Below, piece after piece: positions 13,577 through 26,925 of a stretch of 64,000 nt of DNA. The notes beneath the pieces were generated by a model that was given only the letters and a program-made list of their open reading frames with translations, had not been told where the DNA came from and ran no database searches. The stretch is taken from contig MU053934.1 of the NCBI GenBank assembly GCA_013239625.1, positions 4,668,399-4,732,398 on the forward strand. The letters are read 5' to 3'. This DNA is from Lama guanicoe. Taxonomy: Eukaryota. Within the stretch, counting starts at the first letter, position 1. Each line of letters begins with the position of its first letter. The position numbers and the translations under genes are program-made.

Positions 13577-13940
13577 GTATTTTTCAGAGTAGATTCTAAG
13601 CTGCTGTAACTAGAGACCCCAGAGTACAGTGGTTTAAGCAAGACAGAAGCTTGTTTCTAACTTAACTCTTTAAAGGGAGATGGTCTGGATCTCATAGGGC
13701 AGCTCTGCCTTCTTTCATCACAGCTTCCCATTCTGGATAGAGTGGTTGCTCCAGTTCCCACCATCACATGTGGCTGCATGTCCTGGGGAAGCAGAAAAAG
13801 GCATGGGAAGCGCACACCCTTTCTGTTAAGAGCATAAGCCAGAGATGGCACAGTCACTTCTGATCGCATCTCACTGGCCAGGACTTAGTCACATGGCCAC
13901 AAGTAGCTGCAAGGGAAGCTGGAAAAAGTAGTTTTCATCT
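13577..13940 (-). mobile_element. MLT1J/K-like MaLR LTR within the MGAT3 3' UTR
   Basis: AAGCTGCTGTAAC...CAGTGGTTTAAGCAAGACAG and CACTGGCCAGGACTTAGTCACATGGCCAC...AGCTGCAAGGGAAGCTGG resemble MLT1 consensus segments. Confidence 0.65.
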
Positions 13941-14239
13941 GGGCTGCCCCATTCTTTTATTAAAGGAAGGAGGAGGGGAAGGGGATGGATATGGGGACAA
14001 GGAGCATCTCTGGCACAGGGGGAGGGGGAGAGAGGGTAGCAATGACTGTTGTAGTCATAGGATCCTGCTCTCATGTTCAGAGTCCCTGAAACAGCCTGCT
14101 GCTGCCCCCCTCACTGCCAGCCCAGGGCCAGGGTGTGGTGAGAGCCTGCAGCTGTGGGCAGGGTGGGATGCCCCCTCTCGGAAGCCCCCTCAGATGTTTA
14201 CCTGTGATGCCAGGATGCAGAGCCCGCCTGTGGAGTGGT

Positions 14240-14350
14240 ACATGTTCGTGCGTGTGTGTGTATTTATGGGCATGGGTGCATGCTTGCTGTGGGCTTGTAC
14301 GTGTCTGTGTCAGTGTGTCCCTGTACATATATGCCTGTGTGCAGGTGTGG
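14240..14350. repeat. Degenerate (TG)n microsatellite in the MGAT3 3' UTR
   Basis: Interrupted GT/TG dinucleotide runs. Confidence 0.6.
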
Positions 14351-15709
14351 GAACAGGGCCCAGGCCGCCCCGTCCCCGGGGCCTGGAGCCTGTGGCCACA
14401 CCTCCTGCAACTCCTCAAATGACTTGGAACTTGGGGAAGCAACTTGGGGAGCCTGGAATGCAAGGCTAATGGGGATGCAGGGTCCATCTGTCTCTCTGTC
14501 TTTCAGTCCAAGGAATGAGAATCCTCCTGACCCGAGGGCTGTACAGCTGAGACCCCTCTCCCTCCCAGCCCCGTCCTTTCACTTCAGGCCCCCAGCCTCC
14601 AGCTGGGACTTTCTCGGGTGTTTTATTGGGGGTTTCCTGATGGGCCGGGAGAGGAGGGTGTCTCCTTTGCCACAGCTCTGTCTGGGGAAATGCCCGGCAT
14701 GGGTGTGGTGTGGGCGCTGGCCGCAGAGCAGCCTCTAGAGGGCAGGCATGAAGCAGGCTGGGGGGCTCTATTGCCCCCACTCCTCCTCCTGTATAAGGGG
14801 TGTCCCGAGGGAACCCCTCCCTTGGAATTACAGCAGCAACCCCTCTCTGGTCCCTCTTGGGGCCGAAAAATGGCTCAAGAGGTCAGGGTGTCCCTGTGGC
14901 TCTGGGTCAGCCCAGGCCAGGGCCTGCCGTCCCCAGCCCCCTCTGCTCACCCCCTGGGCGGGCAGTCTCTGGGGGCTCCTGACTCGTGCCTCCTTGTCAG
15001 CTTCCTCACCCCATGCCCCTGGCACCCTCAGCCGCTGCAGGGATGCCCCTCTTCAGGCTGGCAAGGGTTTCAGGCTGCCTTCCAGTTCACCAGCTCAGGG
15101 GCAGGGGAAGGAAGAGGGGAGGAGCTCAGAACTGCCAGGCCCCACCTTCCCTCTCAGACCCAGGAGGGCCAGGCACGTTTATGGTCATTGCCAAGTGGAG
15201 GCCTGGCCATGGAGTGGAGAGGACAGCTGTGTGGCGGGGCAAGGCATGGGGTTGAAGAGTTTCACTTATAATCACATCATACACTGGGAATATCGGGGGC
15301 AGGGAAGCCCCAGGCCACTCCCCCAGGATGAAGGGAGACCAAGCTGTGAATGTGAGCACCAGTGCACTGCTGGCCAGCACCATAGCCAGCTTTCTTTCCC
15401 TGGGAACCATTGGCCCTATGACCTCCAAACTCAAGGAGGCCCAGCCCACCCTCGGGTCATGTTGGTTCCCACAGGCAGGCGTGGGAGAGCTTTGGGGGCA
15501 AAGGTGACAGTTGGGGTGGGGAGACAGGACTTGCCCAAGCAGCAGGCAGGGCCCTGGAAAATGTATAATTTAAGGACACCAATAATAATAATAGTATTTT
15601 TTTTTTGTATGGGAAAATCAATATGTACATTCTGAAATCATTTTCTCTGTAAATGGTTGGATTTCATTTCACCCTTAAAGGGATGCTTAAAGGAGAAGAT
15701 AATATTAAT

Positions 15710-15715
15710 AATAAA
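15710..15715 (+). terminator. MGAT3: Probable MGAT3 polyadenylation signal (3' UTR ~12581-15735)
   Basis: AATAAA at the end of an AU-rich block (15560-15720), followed by GT-rich sequence. Confidence 0.7.
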
Positions 15716-17789
15716 AACAGCTACAAAGTCTGAAGGATATGTGTGCATGGCTGATTTGGGGGTGCTCTAGGGCAGGAGGGGTACAAGTGGGTGGCTTTGG
15801 TCTTTCTGAGTCAGTGGGCTGTGAGTCTTCCTCGGGACTGGACAGCCAGTGAGGAGAAGGGGGGACATTTTGGAATCTTTTAGGGAGCATCTGTCCCTCC
15901 CACTGGTGGAAACGGGCCAGAAAAGGAGGGTGCTGGACAGTTCTGCACAGAAGGAAGGAGGAAGCGGGCCTGGGCCTGGCAACACCAGGCCTCCTGAGGA
16001 GGGCGGGGACCCTTTTGGGGATCTAGATGAAGACTTTGGTGCCTCTGGTGAGAGGGGAGCGATTCTCCCACCGTTGTGCTCTCAGTGGTCTTCCTCTCTA
16101 CACCTGTCAGGGCTCCTAAGGCCACAGAGCCACTTGGTGGCAGAACAGGGTCAGATCTGAATTCCCAGCACTGGTCCTATCACCAGCCCGCTGGGGCAGG
16201 TGAGGGCGGCAGCCTCCAGGACCAGTTGTCTCCCCCAGGGAGTTAACCTGGACTTGTGCTGTGATGGCACCTGGACCGTGGAATGTGGCGGGGCTTCCCG
16301 GAGGCTTCCCCCAGGCACTGTGGACCCTGGTGTTGTCCTGGGGAAGGGAGCCTCCGAGAATTTTCTTCTAAGGACAGTCTCCAAGATGGTGGGAGTGGAC
16401 ACACTTTGAACTGGGCCTTGGTCACTTGTGGGGTGGCTGTGAAGCCTAGATTGGGAAATGGAGGCTAGGGATGGGAAAGAAGAGTAGTGGTGACACTGGG
16501 GACTGGAGCAACAGCTAATGCCTCCTGAGCGCCCACAAGATGCCAAGCACTTGACATGCCTCACTCAGACGCCTGGACTCCTGGCCACACCACCCCAAGC
16601 CCAGGAAGGCGCCTGCAGGTGCAGGGTTAAGTGAGTGGAGGAGACCAGATGCCGCGTCTATCTGGTAGGAGGAGACAGTGACCCACTTGCCACTTGAAAT
16701 CAATCTTTCAACCTTTAAATCATGTCCAAGAGTGAATCATCATCACCACCATAAACATTTCAGACATTATTTATTAAATGCCTATTTTGTGCCAAACTCT
16801 GGGCTAAAAGAGTTGCCTCCCCATCACTCCCATTTTATAGATGTGGAAAGTGAGTCTTGGACACACTGAATAAGGCAGCAAATCGCAGGGGCAGAGTTTG
16901 CCTGAGACCAGAAGCTGAGCTCTTAACTGCCAAACCGTAGTCCATCAGCATCACTAGGGGGAGAAGGAAGGTAGGGGAAGAGGTGAGGAAGCAGATGAGG
17001 TGGAGAGGATGGTGGTGATGCCGGTGTTAATGTTCAAACATCATCTGGCTCCTAGCTGAGCCAGGCACCATGCTGGGTCATGGGGCGCCGAGAGACAGGA
17101 CAGTCCCTGTTCTCAGGAGGGAGGACCACAGTCAGTGGGGAACACAGGCAGCAAGCACAACCTCAGAATGGCAAGGTGAGGACTGGCATGAAGTTCTCAG
17201 AGCCCAGGAAACTGGTGTTGTGCTCCATCTGTGAGCAGTAGGTGCAACACTCCCTCAGCTGGCCGTCCAGGAAGGAGTGGGGGGCACTGTCAGGCTCTGT
17301 GATCTTGTGGAGAGGGATGCGGAATGCAGAGTTTCTTTCAAACTCAGTCTCCTCTCTACAAAAATGACTCATACAAAGCTTTACTGCACACAGAGGATAA
17401 AATGAAATGAAAGGAAATGCTTTGCAACCTGTTAAGCTCCATCAGGATGGGAGAGACATGAGCAGTAGTGATGACTGCAGGCAACACCTATCATTAAAAA
17501 CCCCCAGTTCGCTTTGCAGGTTGGGGCTTTAGCTGTGTGCAGACAAAACCCCCAAATCGAAAGCCCTGTCATCCTGGAGCTCATTGGAAGTTCCCACCCA
17601 TGCACCCCGAAATCATGAAACATCTACAAATCTCTGGTTAAAGCTCAAAGGAGTGAAAGGCCTTGCCTAGGGCCAGCCTTCTGGCCAGCAGCCTTGGCCC
17701 CTCACCTGCTGTTCCAGTGAATTCCCAGACTCAGCTATAGCAGGAAACTAACTCTTTCAAATTAATATAGTCTTTTAATAGGTTTTCTT

Positions 17790-19370
17790 CTACTCTATTG
17801 CTAATTTATTGCTGTAACATAAACCACCTTGGAATTTTTTTTAATTCTTATTTTTTACTGAAGTGTAGTCAACTTACATTGTTAGTTTCAGGTGTATAGC
17901 AAAGCGACTCATATGTACACATACATACTTTTTTTTTCAGATTCTTTTCCATTACAGCTCATTACAAGAAATTGAATATAGTTCCCTGTGCTATACAGTA
18001 GGTCCTTGTTGTTTATCTGTTTTATATATAGTAACATGTATCTGTTAATCCCAAACTCCTAATCTATCCCTCCCCTACACTTTCCACCCTTGTAACCATA
18101 GTTTGTTTTCTGTGTCTGTGAGTCTATTTCTACCACCCTGAAATTTAGTAACTAAAATAACAATTTATTTGCTCATAGTTCTACAATTTGGACTGGGCTC
18201 AGCTGAACGGTTCTACCCAGTAGCAGGTGGGCAGCTGCTGCAGGGACCCGCCCACCTGCTCAGCCCTGACCTGCACTGTTGGTGACAAACGAAGGCATAA
18301 CACGCAAAAGAATTAGCCTATCAGTCAGTCAGCGATCACACCCCGGATAAGAGGGAGTGACCTCACACAGGCAGGACCCCCCCCCCGGCCTCACAGACCC
18401 CCTGAGGAGAGGTTCTGAGAAGGACCCCACATCACCTAGGAGGTCTGCTGCCAAAAAGGCACTGCCTGACTATGATCCAAGGAAGTCCCACACAAACCCA
18501 AATTGAGTAACAATCTGCAAAAAAAAAAAAAAAAAAACCTGGCCTCTCATATGCCGCCCTTGTTTCTTGCACCTCTGTTCTGCAGCATGTGTATGAAAAG
18601 CTCAACTCCACATCAGTATCACAGACCATCCTTCAAGCACCTGTCCTACACTGCTGAAAGCTTCCGGAGACAAAACATCAACAGTGACACAAATCATTAC
18701 CACTGTGGCCTCAACATGTAGCCTGGCTTTCCCCAACATCCCAGCTGGTCAAGGCTAGAAGAACTTCCCGGTCAACCTACACATCAGTCCAGTCTCATGA
18801 GTTGCTGTATTGCTTTTATGCTGCTGAACTGCTGTAGCCACTAAGCTGAAGATGATTTGTTACACAGCCTAGTTGTGACCCTAGGTAACTGATACAGTTT
18901 GCTTTCAGTTCATGAGAGAAAAGCCAACTCAAACTAGTAAAGCAAGAAGGGAATTTATTGGCTTGCTAGCAGTAAATTCAGTAATGATAAAGCCTTCAGG
19001 TACAGCATGAGGCAGGGCTCAGTGTCACACTGTCATCTAGCTTTCTCTGTGGCTCAGCTCAGCTCCACATCCCAACTTGTGTTGTCTTTATTCTCAGACA
19101 GGTTTACCCCTCTTGCCTGCAAGGTGGCTGTCGCAACTCTCAGCCTCACAGCATCTCATCTTGCGTACTCAGTGCAGAAGAAATAGAGCTTCTCTCTCTC
19201 AAAGTCCTGGGCCTGGATCTCATTGACTTGGATGAGGTCATGTGATCATCCCTTGACCAATAAGACCGGAGAGAGGATAGGTTGGAACATACTGATTGGC
19301 TTAGATCAACCAGAGCCGTTCTATATTGGCTGAAAGGGGGGGGTGGTTGCCCCCCAAAATGGGGGTCACA
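17790..19370. mobile_element. Cluster of MaLR (MLT1-type) LTR fragments
   Basis: MLT1 terminus AGCCACTAAG...TTTGTTACACAGC...TAACTGATACA at ~18836-18896, with further MLT1-like segments on either side. Confidence 0.55.
17840..18131 (-). mobile_element. 5'-truncated L1 3' end with target-site duplication, inserted into an MLT1 LTR
   Basis: T-rich tail followed by GAATATAGTTCCCTGTGCTATACAGTAGGTCCTTGTTG. Flanked by ACCACCTTGGAATTT (17823) and ACCACCCTGAAATTT (18132). Confidence 0.75.
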
Positions 19371-19599
19371 GATATCACCATTGGTACAACCTCAGCTGCC
19401 TCCATCAGGCCTTTTACCAGCCTTTGGTCAACTCCCTCTCCTGGATCTTCCTCTGTGAAATGAGGATTTTCATAGGACAAACTTTACTGCTAGGCTGTGA
19501 GGATGCTCAGAGCTTGGAAAGAGCCTGGAGCATTATGAGAGCTTTGTAAGTATGAGTTACTGTCATCATCACAACTATGTTCTCCCCTCCGTTTCCTCA

Positions 19600-20325
19600 C
19601 CTGGTGCATTTGACACGTGGATCATGCATCCCTTCTCAACTCGCCTTCTCTTAGCATCTGTGACTTCCTCCTCCTCCACCCTGACACTCCTTCTTGGTTG
19701 CCTTCCGGGCTCCTTTTACCCTGCGCTGCTTCATTAAGGGGGCTCCCCAGGGCTTAGTCCCGGGCGCACTGCTCTGCGTGTAGTCATGACTCTTGCCGAG
19801 GTAGGGTTGGCTTAGTCCCTCCAGGGAGTCCTCTCTCCTGAGCGCCCGGCCCCTAGACCCCACTGTTTGTTAGATGAGCCCCTAAGGTATCAAGGTCACC
19901 AAGGAGCCAAACAGAACTCAGCTTCCCCTGTTCTGTAATTTCCATCCATTGATGACATTTCATCTTCCCAATCTCAACAGCTGGAAATCCAGGAGTCATC
20001 CTTGAACTCTCCCTAATAGCAATGAACAACCAAAAGCATTCTGACTCATCTAATGGGAACTTCCCTCTGTGAGTTTGTATGCATGATTTCTCTGCCCAGA
20101 ACCTTCTGCTGCCATTTTGCACCTAACTTGCTCACTCTTTCAGCCTCCACTCCGTTGTCAGGTTCTCCACACCTGGGTGAGGAGCTGATCCTCTGGGCTC
20201 CCATTACACCTGAATGTCTCCAGCATTGCCTTTTCCACGTGGTCTTTGAATTGTCTGCTTTTGCGTTTGTCTCCGAAAAGTCCCTGGCACAACTCAATGG
20301 CTGTCTGTGGAATGAATGACTAAAC
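19600..20325 (+). mobile_element. L2 fragments
   Basis: RT-region relic (CCCCAGGGCTTAGTCCCGGGC), GGAGTCATCCTTGA and a GAATGAATGA tail. Confidence 0.55.
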
Positions 20326-21339
20326 AACAGAACATCACTCCAAGGTGGAGGTGTCAGGATTTGAACCCGGGGCTGTCTAACATCCTACTTCCCTGACACC
20401 CTGCTCCCTGGTCACGCCAGTCTGCCATCCCAAGGGCCAGGGTTCTGTCTCATACAACCCACCTGCCCACCTGAGGGCGGTAGGTATTCTATGGTCCAAA
20501 TGTCCCCCTCCATAGGGCCTCACCCACAAGACCAGCTGCCCTCCAGTCATCCATCCAGCCTGCCCAGACTCGCCACTTCTTCTGACTGTCACATTGGATC
20601 AGTCTCCGTGGCGTAATTAGGACCTCTGGCCCATCCTGCCAGGCTGCCTTTCTGAAGACCCAGCATGCTTCACACCAGGCCCCCGTTAGGATGCTCTGCC
20701 TTCTAGAGGATCACACGGGACAAAGCCAGGCCCTCATCCACATGACTGTCCATCAGGGAGACAAAAATAACAGGCATCTCCATTCCTTGATCTGCCCTGC
20801 CCTTGAGTCCCTTGTCCTTCCAGTAAAGGGACTTCTAGACTTTCCACCATTTGGTTCTACAAAAGCTGATCAAGGCCTAGGGCACAGGTTGGCAATGGGA
20901 GGAAGAAGACACGACACTCTTGAGATTTGTAGGAGGCAGAAAATGTCCTAATTCAGCGGTTGCAATGTGACCACTTCCTGAGGCAGAAGGCTCCCAGAGG
21001 GGTGCTTAATTCTATAAAAGAGTCCTCCCCGATCTCTAGCACTGAAAGCAACCTGACTAGCACGCTTAGGAGGCAGTCTCGTTTTTGCAAATCTCATGCA
21101 GCTCTCAGGAAGCACCTCTGCTAATGCAGTCAGGTTCGCGACCCCACTCCATGACACCTCGTCCTCTGGTCTGACACTGGCTGGTCCCACCACCAAGTCC
21201 ATCCCACTATTTGCCTCTCATTTCAGTCCTCCGCTCAATTACTGACTGACCACTGTGTGACAGGCCTTGAGGAAGATACAGAAATGGACAAGACACATGT
21301 TCTGCCTTCTAGGAGCTCAAAGTTAACTGGAAGTAGACC

Positions 21340-21520
21340 AAGGCTTCCGGACCTCAGCACTCCCGACATTGTGAGCCCGATGATTCTTTGTGGACGGCTG
21401 TCCTGCGCACTGCAGGAGGCTTAGCAGCATCCCTGACCTCTATCCAAGAATCCACTCCCTGAGGTGTGACAGCCAAACGTGTTTCCAGACATTGTGAAAT
21501 GTCCCAGGTTAAGGACCACC
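21340..21520. mobile_element. MER20 hAT-Charlie DNA transposon fossil
   Basis: CCTCAGCACT..GACATT...CTGTCCTGCGCACTGCAGGAGGCTTAGCAGCATCCCTGACCTCTA...TCCAGACATTG match recalled MER20. Confidence 0.75.
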
Positions 21521-21749
21521 AGACACAACCTTTGAGCATCTGCTGCGTACATGCCAGGCAATTTGCGTATATCCTTCTGGAAACTGAATGGTATTTGGGG
21601 GGTGAGGTGTGCTCCTCCCACTTTCCAGCCTGTGAGATCAGAGGTGGGGAGCCTAGGATTTAGGGAGATTAAGGGTATAAATTGCTCAAAAGCACGCAGC
21701 TCCCAGCTGAGATTTAGGACCCGGGCTCCACCTGCCTGCTCATGGTGCT

Positions 21750-21768
21750 GCACTGCCCCCTGGTGGGA
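21750..21768 (-). promoter_or_regulatory. CTCF motif, reverse orientation
   Basis: Reverse complement reads TCCCACCAGGGGGCAGTGC, containing the core CCACCAGGGGGCAG. Confidence 0.6.
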
Positions 21769-24700
21769 GCAGGAGGCATGTCCATGAACTCGCAGGGCCG
21801 GCTTCCCTTCCTACTTTCCTCTTTCTTCCTTCTCCCTGGACGCCACCCAGGATATGAGGCAGATTCTACAGAGGTCACAAAATGGAAAAGCAAATGTCTA
21901 AAAATTAGAATCGTGGAAAATTAGAAATATAAAAGAAAACCAGTCCTAGGAAATAACACAAAATGATGCAGGTGATGCTGGGGAATGTCCAAGTGCTGAA
22001 CGCATCAGAGGGAAGGACTGTGTCCCCTTCTCCCCTTTTATAGAGGAAGTGAAGTTTCCGGAACTTGCACAGGAGGTGCTGGAGCTCTGAGGAGGAACAC
22101 TGTGGAGGACACCTCTGGAGCATCCTTCTTGTCTACGTGGTGGGGCTGAGCCCCACCAGCACTCTGCCCGGGGCCTGGCAGCAGTCATGACATCCTCGCT
22201 GAATTGTCCTGACACCAGGCTGACATAGTAACTCGCCTTTCCTTGGGCCCTGGTCTGCCAGGCCTCTAACCTGTGTGAGTAATAGTAATAGTAGGTGTTG
22301 ATATCTGCCCCACCGCTGTGGCCCCAAACAGTCGGGCCCCAAGGACCCCTGCACCCTGGCAGATCAGGGCAGCTGCCCTGCTTGATTGGGGCTCGCCCAC
22401 CCCCCTCCACCTCACTGAGGATGGAGGCCCACCTGCTGCTGCGTCAATGGGAGGCTTTGCCAGTGGTGTCACCAGCACCTTAGAAGTCACTGAGCACAGT
22501 CTGGGGACAGTTCTGGGTTTTGCCTCACTGATCCGATAAGAGGGGCCTCCTGCCTGCTTCCTGTTGTCTGCTCTTCTGGCTGGTAGACATTTCCTTCTGA
22601 CTGTCTGATGTGAGGACGGCGTGAGAATGGCTTTCCCATCACGAGCCGTATTTGGAAAGGGTTCCTCCCATTCATGAGCGACTGCTCTGGGCAGGACACT
22701 GGACTCAGTCTTCTGGTCCTTCTCCTAAGTCCTACAACTCTCAGAGGTGCACAGGTGGGAAGCGGAGGAGCTGGGGTCTGGGCTCTGAGCCCACACATCT
22801 CGGGGCCCCCAGCCCCCTACTCCTGCTGTCTGCCAAAGAGAAGTATTCAGTGAACAAGCTTACGTTCTTTCACCCATTTCAGCACCATCTGGCACAACGT
22901 GGGCAGCAAAGACTCCTCAGGACATTAGGGGAATCTCACTCCTGTCCAGGGGTATCAAGTTTTAGTCTGGTGAACACAGGATCAATGATACCTGAAGACA
23001 GCAAACCCCATTAGGAGGGAGCTGGCTCTCTGAGAGTGACTTCCAGGTCCATGGCCACTCACACCCCATGTTCTGTTACAGCCAACTCCTCTGTCAGCCC
23101 AGGGAATCAGAGCGTCTGCACCTTCACTCCACCCTGGGTCCCCCTGGGAGGGGTGCAGAGGGTTGGTGGGCTGGACTGAGCCCTCTGTCTTATCATCCAG
23201 TAGCAATTTCCCTCCAATTCAGAGCAACAAGCATTTACAGAGGGTCTCAATTTTATGAGGCATCTTACCAGGCAACGTAAAGGGAATGGCTGGAAAGACT
23301 CAGGCCTTAGGGTTCTCACTCTCTGCCTTCTTCAGGAAGCCTGGGGCCACCCTGTGCTGCTCCTCCCACAGGTAAAGAGGCACCTGGCCCACAGACTCAC
23401 TCTCCCTGCAGTCCGCTCTGTGACATCACTGCACCAAAGGCCTACTCCCGCTGGCATTTTCAACTTCTTTCCTCTACTGGCTCCTTCCCTCCCCTCCTTG
23501 AGGCTAGAACAAGTACTAGCCAATCCCCAACCCAACCCAACCCAATCTGCTTTCATTGCCCCCTAACTGTCCTCTTATCTTGCTCTGTCCTTTCTCAGCA
23601 AAATCACTGTCTCTCTATTTCCATTTACTCTTTAGCCCCTGGACCTCTGCCCCCACCTCTCACTGAACCAGCCAGCAGAGAGCATCTCCTAACCTGAGAG
23701 GGATGATGTGGACTTTCTGGGGCACTGGCCTCTGTGACCACACCCTCCTCCCCGCAAGCCTCCGGGTCATCCCTGTCTCCTGACTGGTCTTCTCCAGCAT
23801 CCTCTGCTTCCTCAGCCTTTGACGTTGGAGTCCCCAGGGCCCCCCCTCCTTGTCCTTTTCCTCCACACTTGTCCGGATGACTTCATCTAGCTTGTGGATG
23901 GTTTGGAGCTCCAGACTTGAGTTCAGATCCTAGTCCAGCTGTTTCTGGCTCTTCAAGATCCCATCTCCTTGGGTGTAACTGGGACAATGACAGTCTCATC
24001 CTCGCAGGACGCTGATGGAGGTTGGGGGCTGGCACACAGGGAAAGCTCAGAAACTGTTCATTCTTACTGTCCACTGGTGACTCCCTTGAGGGATAGCCCT
24101 CTGGGGACTCGTCTCCTGCAGGTCTCAGCCTGCCCAGCCCACTAAGCCAGGTAGAGGAAGCTTAACATGAGGTGTTTCATGATCAATTTCAAGCAAGCAT
24201 ACATTGCTCATGCAATTGACTGGCATGTCAAATACTTGACAAAATAATAAGTGACTCTAGGTGCCAATCACTGTCTCACAATGCATTCCATTGTACAGTT
24301 TTGGGTATTGGTATGATTAAATTATGAGGGCAACCCAAATACTGTGGAGAAATGACTCCTCCTCTTGGGAGTCTGCTGTTCTGATGCGCTTCCATTCTCT
24401 GGCCAAAAAAGAAGAGGCACAGATTGCTTTTGAACTGATACCTGAGATTTCAGCACCATGGATGCAAGTGGGGGCCAGACGTCGGCCTCACCGCCCCACC
24501 TCCCTTGCTGTGGGAGCCTGGGAGGCAGAGAGGAGCTCTGTGAGTCTGGAAGAAAAGAGAGAGGCCTCTGAAGAGCAAGAAGAGTTCGAGGAAGCTGATC
24601 TGAAGGGTAGACCCCCAAGGGATCTCCCTCCTTCCTTTCTAAAAATAATGTTCTGTAGAACAAGAGGGTCAGGAGAGATATAACAGGTCCCCTGGTCTTC

Positions 24701-25561
24701 CAGTTGGAAATGTCACCAATTAGATTTATTTGGGTCACAAAATTATTTCTTTAAAGAGCAAAGTAGGACAGCCTGGAAGAATGGCAAGAACACACATTTT
24801 CGAGTGAGAGACCTGGGTTCCACAGTGGGCTTCTCTGCTGCCTGAGTGTCTCAGAGAAATGCCTGAACCTTTCTCTATCTCGGTTTTCATCGTCAGGATA
24901 ATCACGCTGACCAAACAGGGATGCTGGGATTAGACATAATACAACATCTGTAAATTAGTCAGCCCAGGGTCTGGCATACAACAGGTGCTTAATAAAGGCA
25001 GCTGTAGGTGCCAGGGCTGTCTCAGTGTGAGTGTTTCTCCCACACCAAGCCAGCCCTGGGGGAATAATGCCTAATATGCCAGATGCCACATGCACTATTG
25101 CTCCTAAATCTTAAGCCTCCTCAAGACTCCCATCTGAGCCTCTCCCTTTCCTAGAGGTTCCAGGGGCTCATGGTCTCCCCAGTATTAATGGGGCTCCCTG
25201 TCATGGGAAGTCTTCCTGCACCCGAGTGGAGACCTTAGGTCCCTGGCAAACTGCTTCTTTTAGCAATTTGGAAAGCCTGCTCTTGAATGAGCTGGAGCAG
25301 GGAGGTAGCAGGGCAATTGCTCAGGTAGGACCTTGAAGCCATGGTGGACCCTTTTCTCTCTCACCCACATGTCAGTAAGTTCTATGGCTCTACCTCCAAA
25401 TACTTCCTGGATCTGACCACTCCTCTCCTCACTGCCACCTGCCTCATCTGAGCCCCTATTCTTTCTTCCCTGGGGCTTTGCAGCAGGTCAGTCTCCCTGC
25501 TTTAGGCCTTGCACCCTTCCGTTATTCTCAAGCCAGACTGATCCTGTGAAAATGGAAGTCA

Positions 25562-26089
25562 AGGACCCTTCTCTTGAAGATGGCACTGAACATGAAGAAA
25601 GCCCCTGTCCTCCCAAAGTTGAAGTGAAAGCAAAGTCTTTGAAGGCCAAAAAGGCAATGCTGGCATGCATCCACAGACACACACACAAAAGAAGATCCAC
25701 ACATCACCTGCCTTCCTGAGGACCAAGATGCTGTGGCTCTGAAGGCAGCCCACATACCCTCGGAAGAGCACCCCCAGGAGAAGCAAGCTTGACCACTATT
25801 CCAACATCAAGTTCCCCAGGCCACCGAGTGTGCCATGAAGAAGATAGAAGACAGCAACACACACGTGTTCAACGTAAAGGTCAAGGCCATCAACACTGTA
25901 TCAGACAGGCTGGGAAGATGCTTTTCTGACATCATGGGGTCTGATAGAGAGGAGAAGGCTTATTATGTTCAACTGGCCCTGACTATGATGCTTTGGGTGG
26001 TGTCAACAAAACTGGGATCATCTAAACTGAGTCCAGCTGGCTAATTCTAAATATAAATTATTTCATCATAAACAAACCAACTAACAAAC
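25562..26089 (+). pseudogene. RPL23A: Processed pseudogene of ribosomal protein L23a
   Basis: Intronless copy with the 5' UTR (GGACCCTT..), ATG at 25580, frame-shifted coding sequence (e.g. [12 protein letters not shown]) and GGGATCATCTAA ending 26025. It also has the 3' UTR, a decayed A-tail and a TSD AAATGGAAGTCA (25550-25561) / AAATGGAAATCA (26090-26101). Confidence 0.92.
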
Positions 26090-26802
26090 AAATGGAAATC
26101 AGGTCCCATCACTCCTTGTCTTGAAATCCTCTGGTTGGCTCCTGTCCCACACAGGTCTCCCTTCCTCTGTCCCTGATAAGGACCCTCTGTCCTGCCTCTT
26201 CCCCAGCTCTTGCTTACTCTGTTCCCCTTGCCCTGGCCTCCTCCTGCAGCTCCTAGGACAGCTGTGCCTAAGAGCCCACCTGAGGGCCAACACCTGGAAT
26301 GACTTTCCCACAGGTCCTCTCCATGTCCCCTTACCACAGTAATTTTCCTCCCAGTTCTTATGACTTCCTCTTACACCAGCCCCCGTTAGAAGATGAGGAC
26401 TTGATTCTTCTGTTCTCTGCAATGCCTGTGGCAGTGCTTTGCACATCAGAGACCCAACACAAGGATTTGTGCACGAATAAATGGATGGGTGGGCAACTGC
26501 TCTGTAAGTGCCCACCCCTTCCTGCTAGATGCCTTTTAATCCTCACAAAAACTCTGGCCAAGAGGGGTTAGGAAACTTGCCAGAGGTCAGGCAGCTGTCC
26601 TGAAGTGGTGGAGCTGGAACTGGAGCCAGCTGGGCCTGATTCCAAAGCCTGTCTGTCCCCTTCTGGGAGAGACTAACATTCCTCAGCTTGACTCTGGGCT
26701 GGGCACTGAGGGGAGGGGGCTACGGATTCCATAAGAACATGGCTCTGCACTCAAATCTGCTAAGCGGCAGAAACTAACGGATAAATTAAAAAGCAGTGCC
26801 TT

Positions 26803-26925
26803 GGGGTGAGGATATAGTTTAGTGGTAGAGTGCATACTTAGCATGCATGAGGTCCTGGGTTCAATCCTCCGTACCTCCATTAAAAAATAAAAATAAAAAT
26901 AAATAAACCTAATTATCCCCCCCCC
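26803..26925 (+). mobile_element. tRNA-Ala-derived SINE (camelid Vic-1 type)
   Basis: A-box and B-box (GGTTCAATCC), AGC anticodon loop, A-rich tail then CCTAATTATCCCCCC. TSD AAAAAGCAGTGCCT / AAAAAACAGTGTCT. Confidence 0.85.

Noticed and set aside
14618..15635. 217-aa and 295-aa ORFs in the MGAT3 3' UTR
   Set aside because: GC-rich UTR, no domain resemblance or codon pattern. Conservation could not be tested.
24449..24469. Second RE1-like motif TTCAGCACCATGGATGCAAGT
   Set aside because: Left half is perfect but the right half (GGACAGCGCC) is broken after GGA.
25835..26044. 69-aa [15 protein letters not shown]...
   Set aside because: Frame-shifted remnant of the RPL23A pseudogene.
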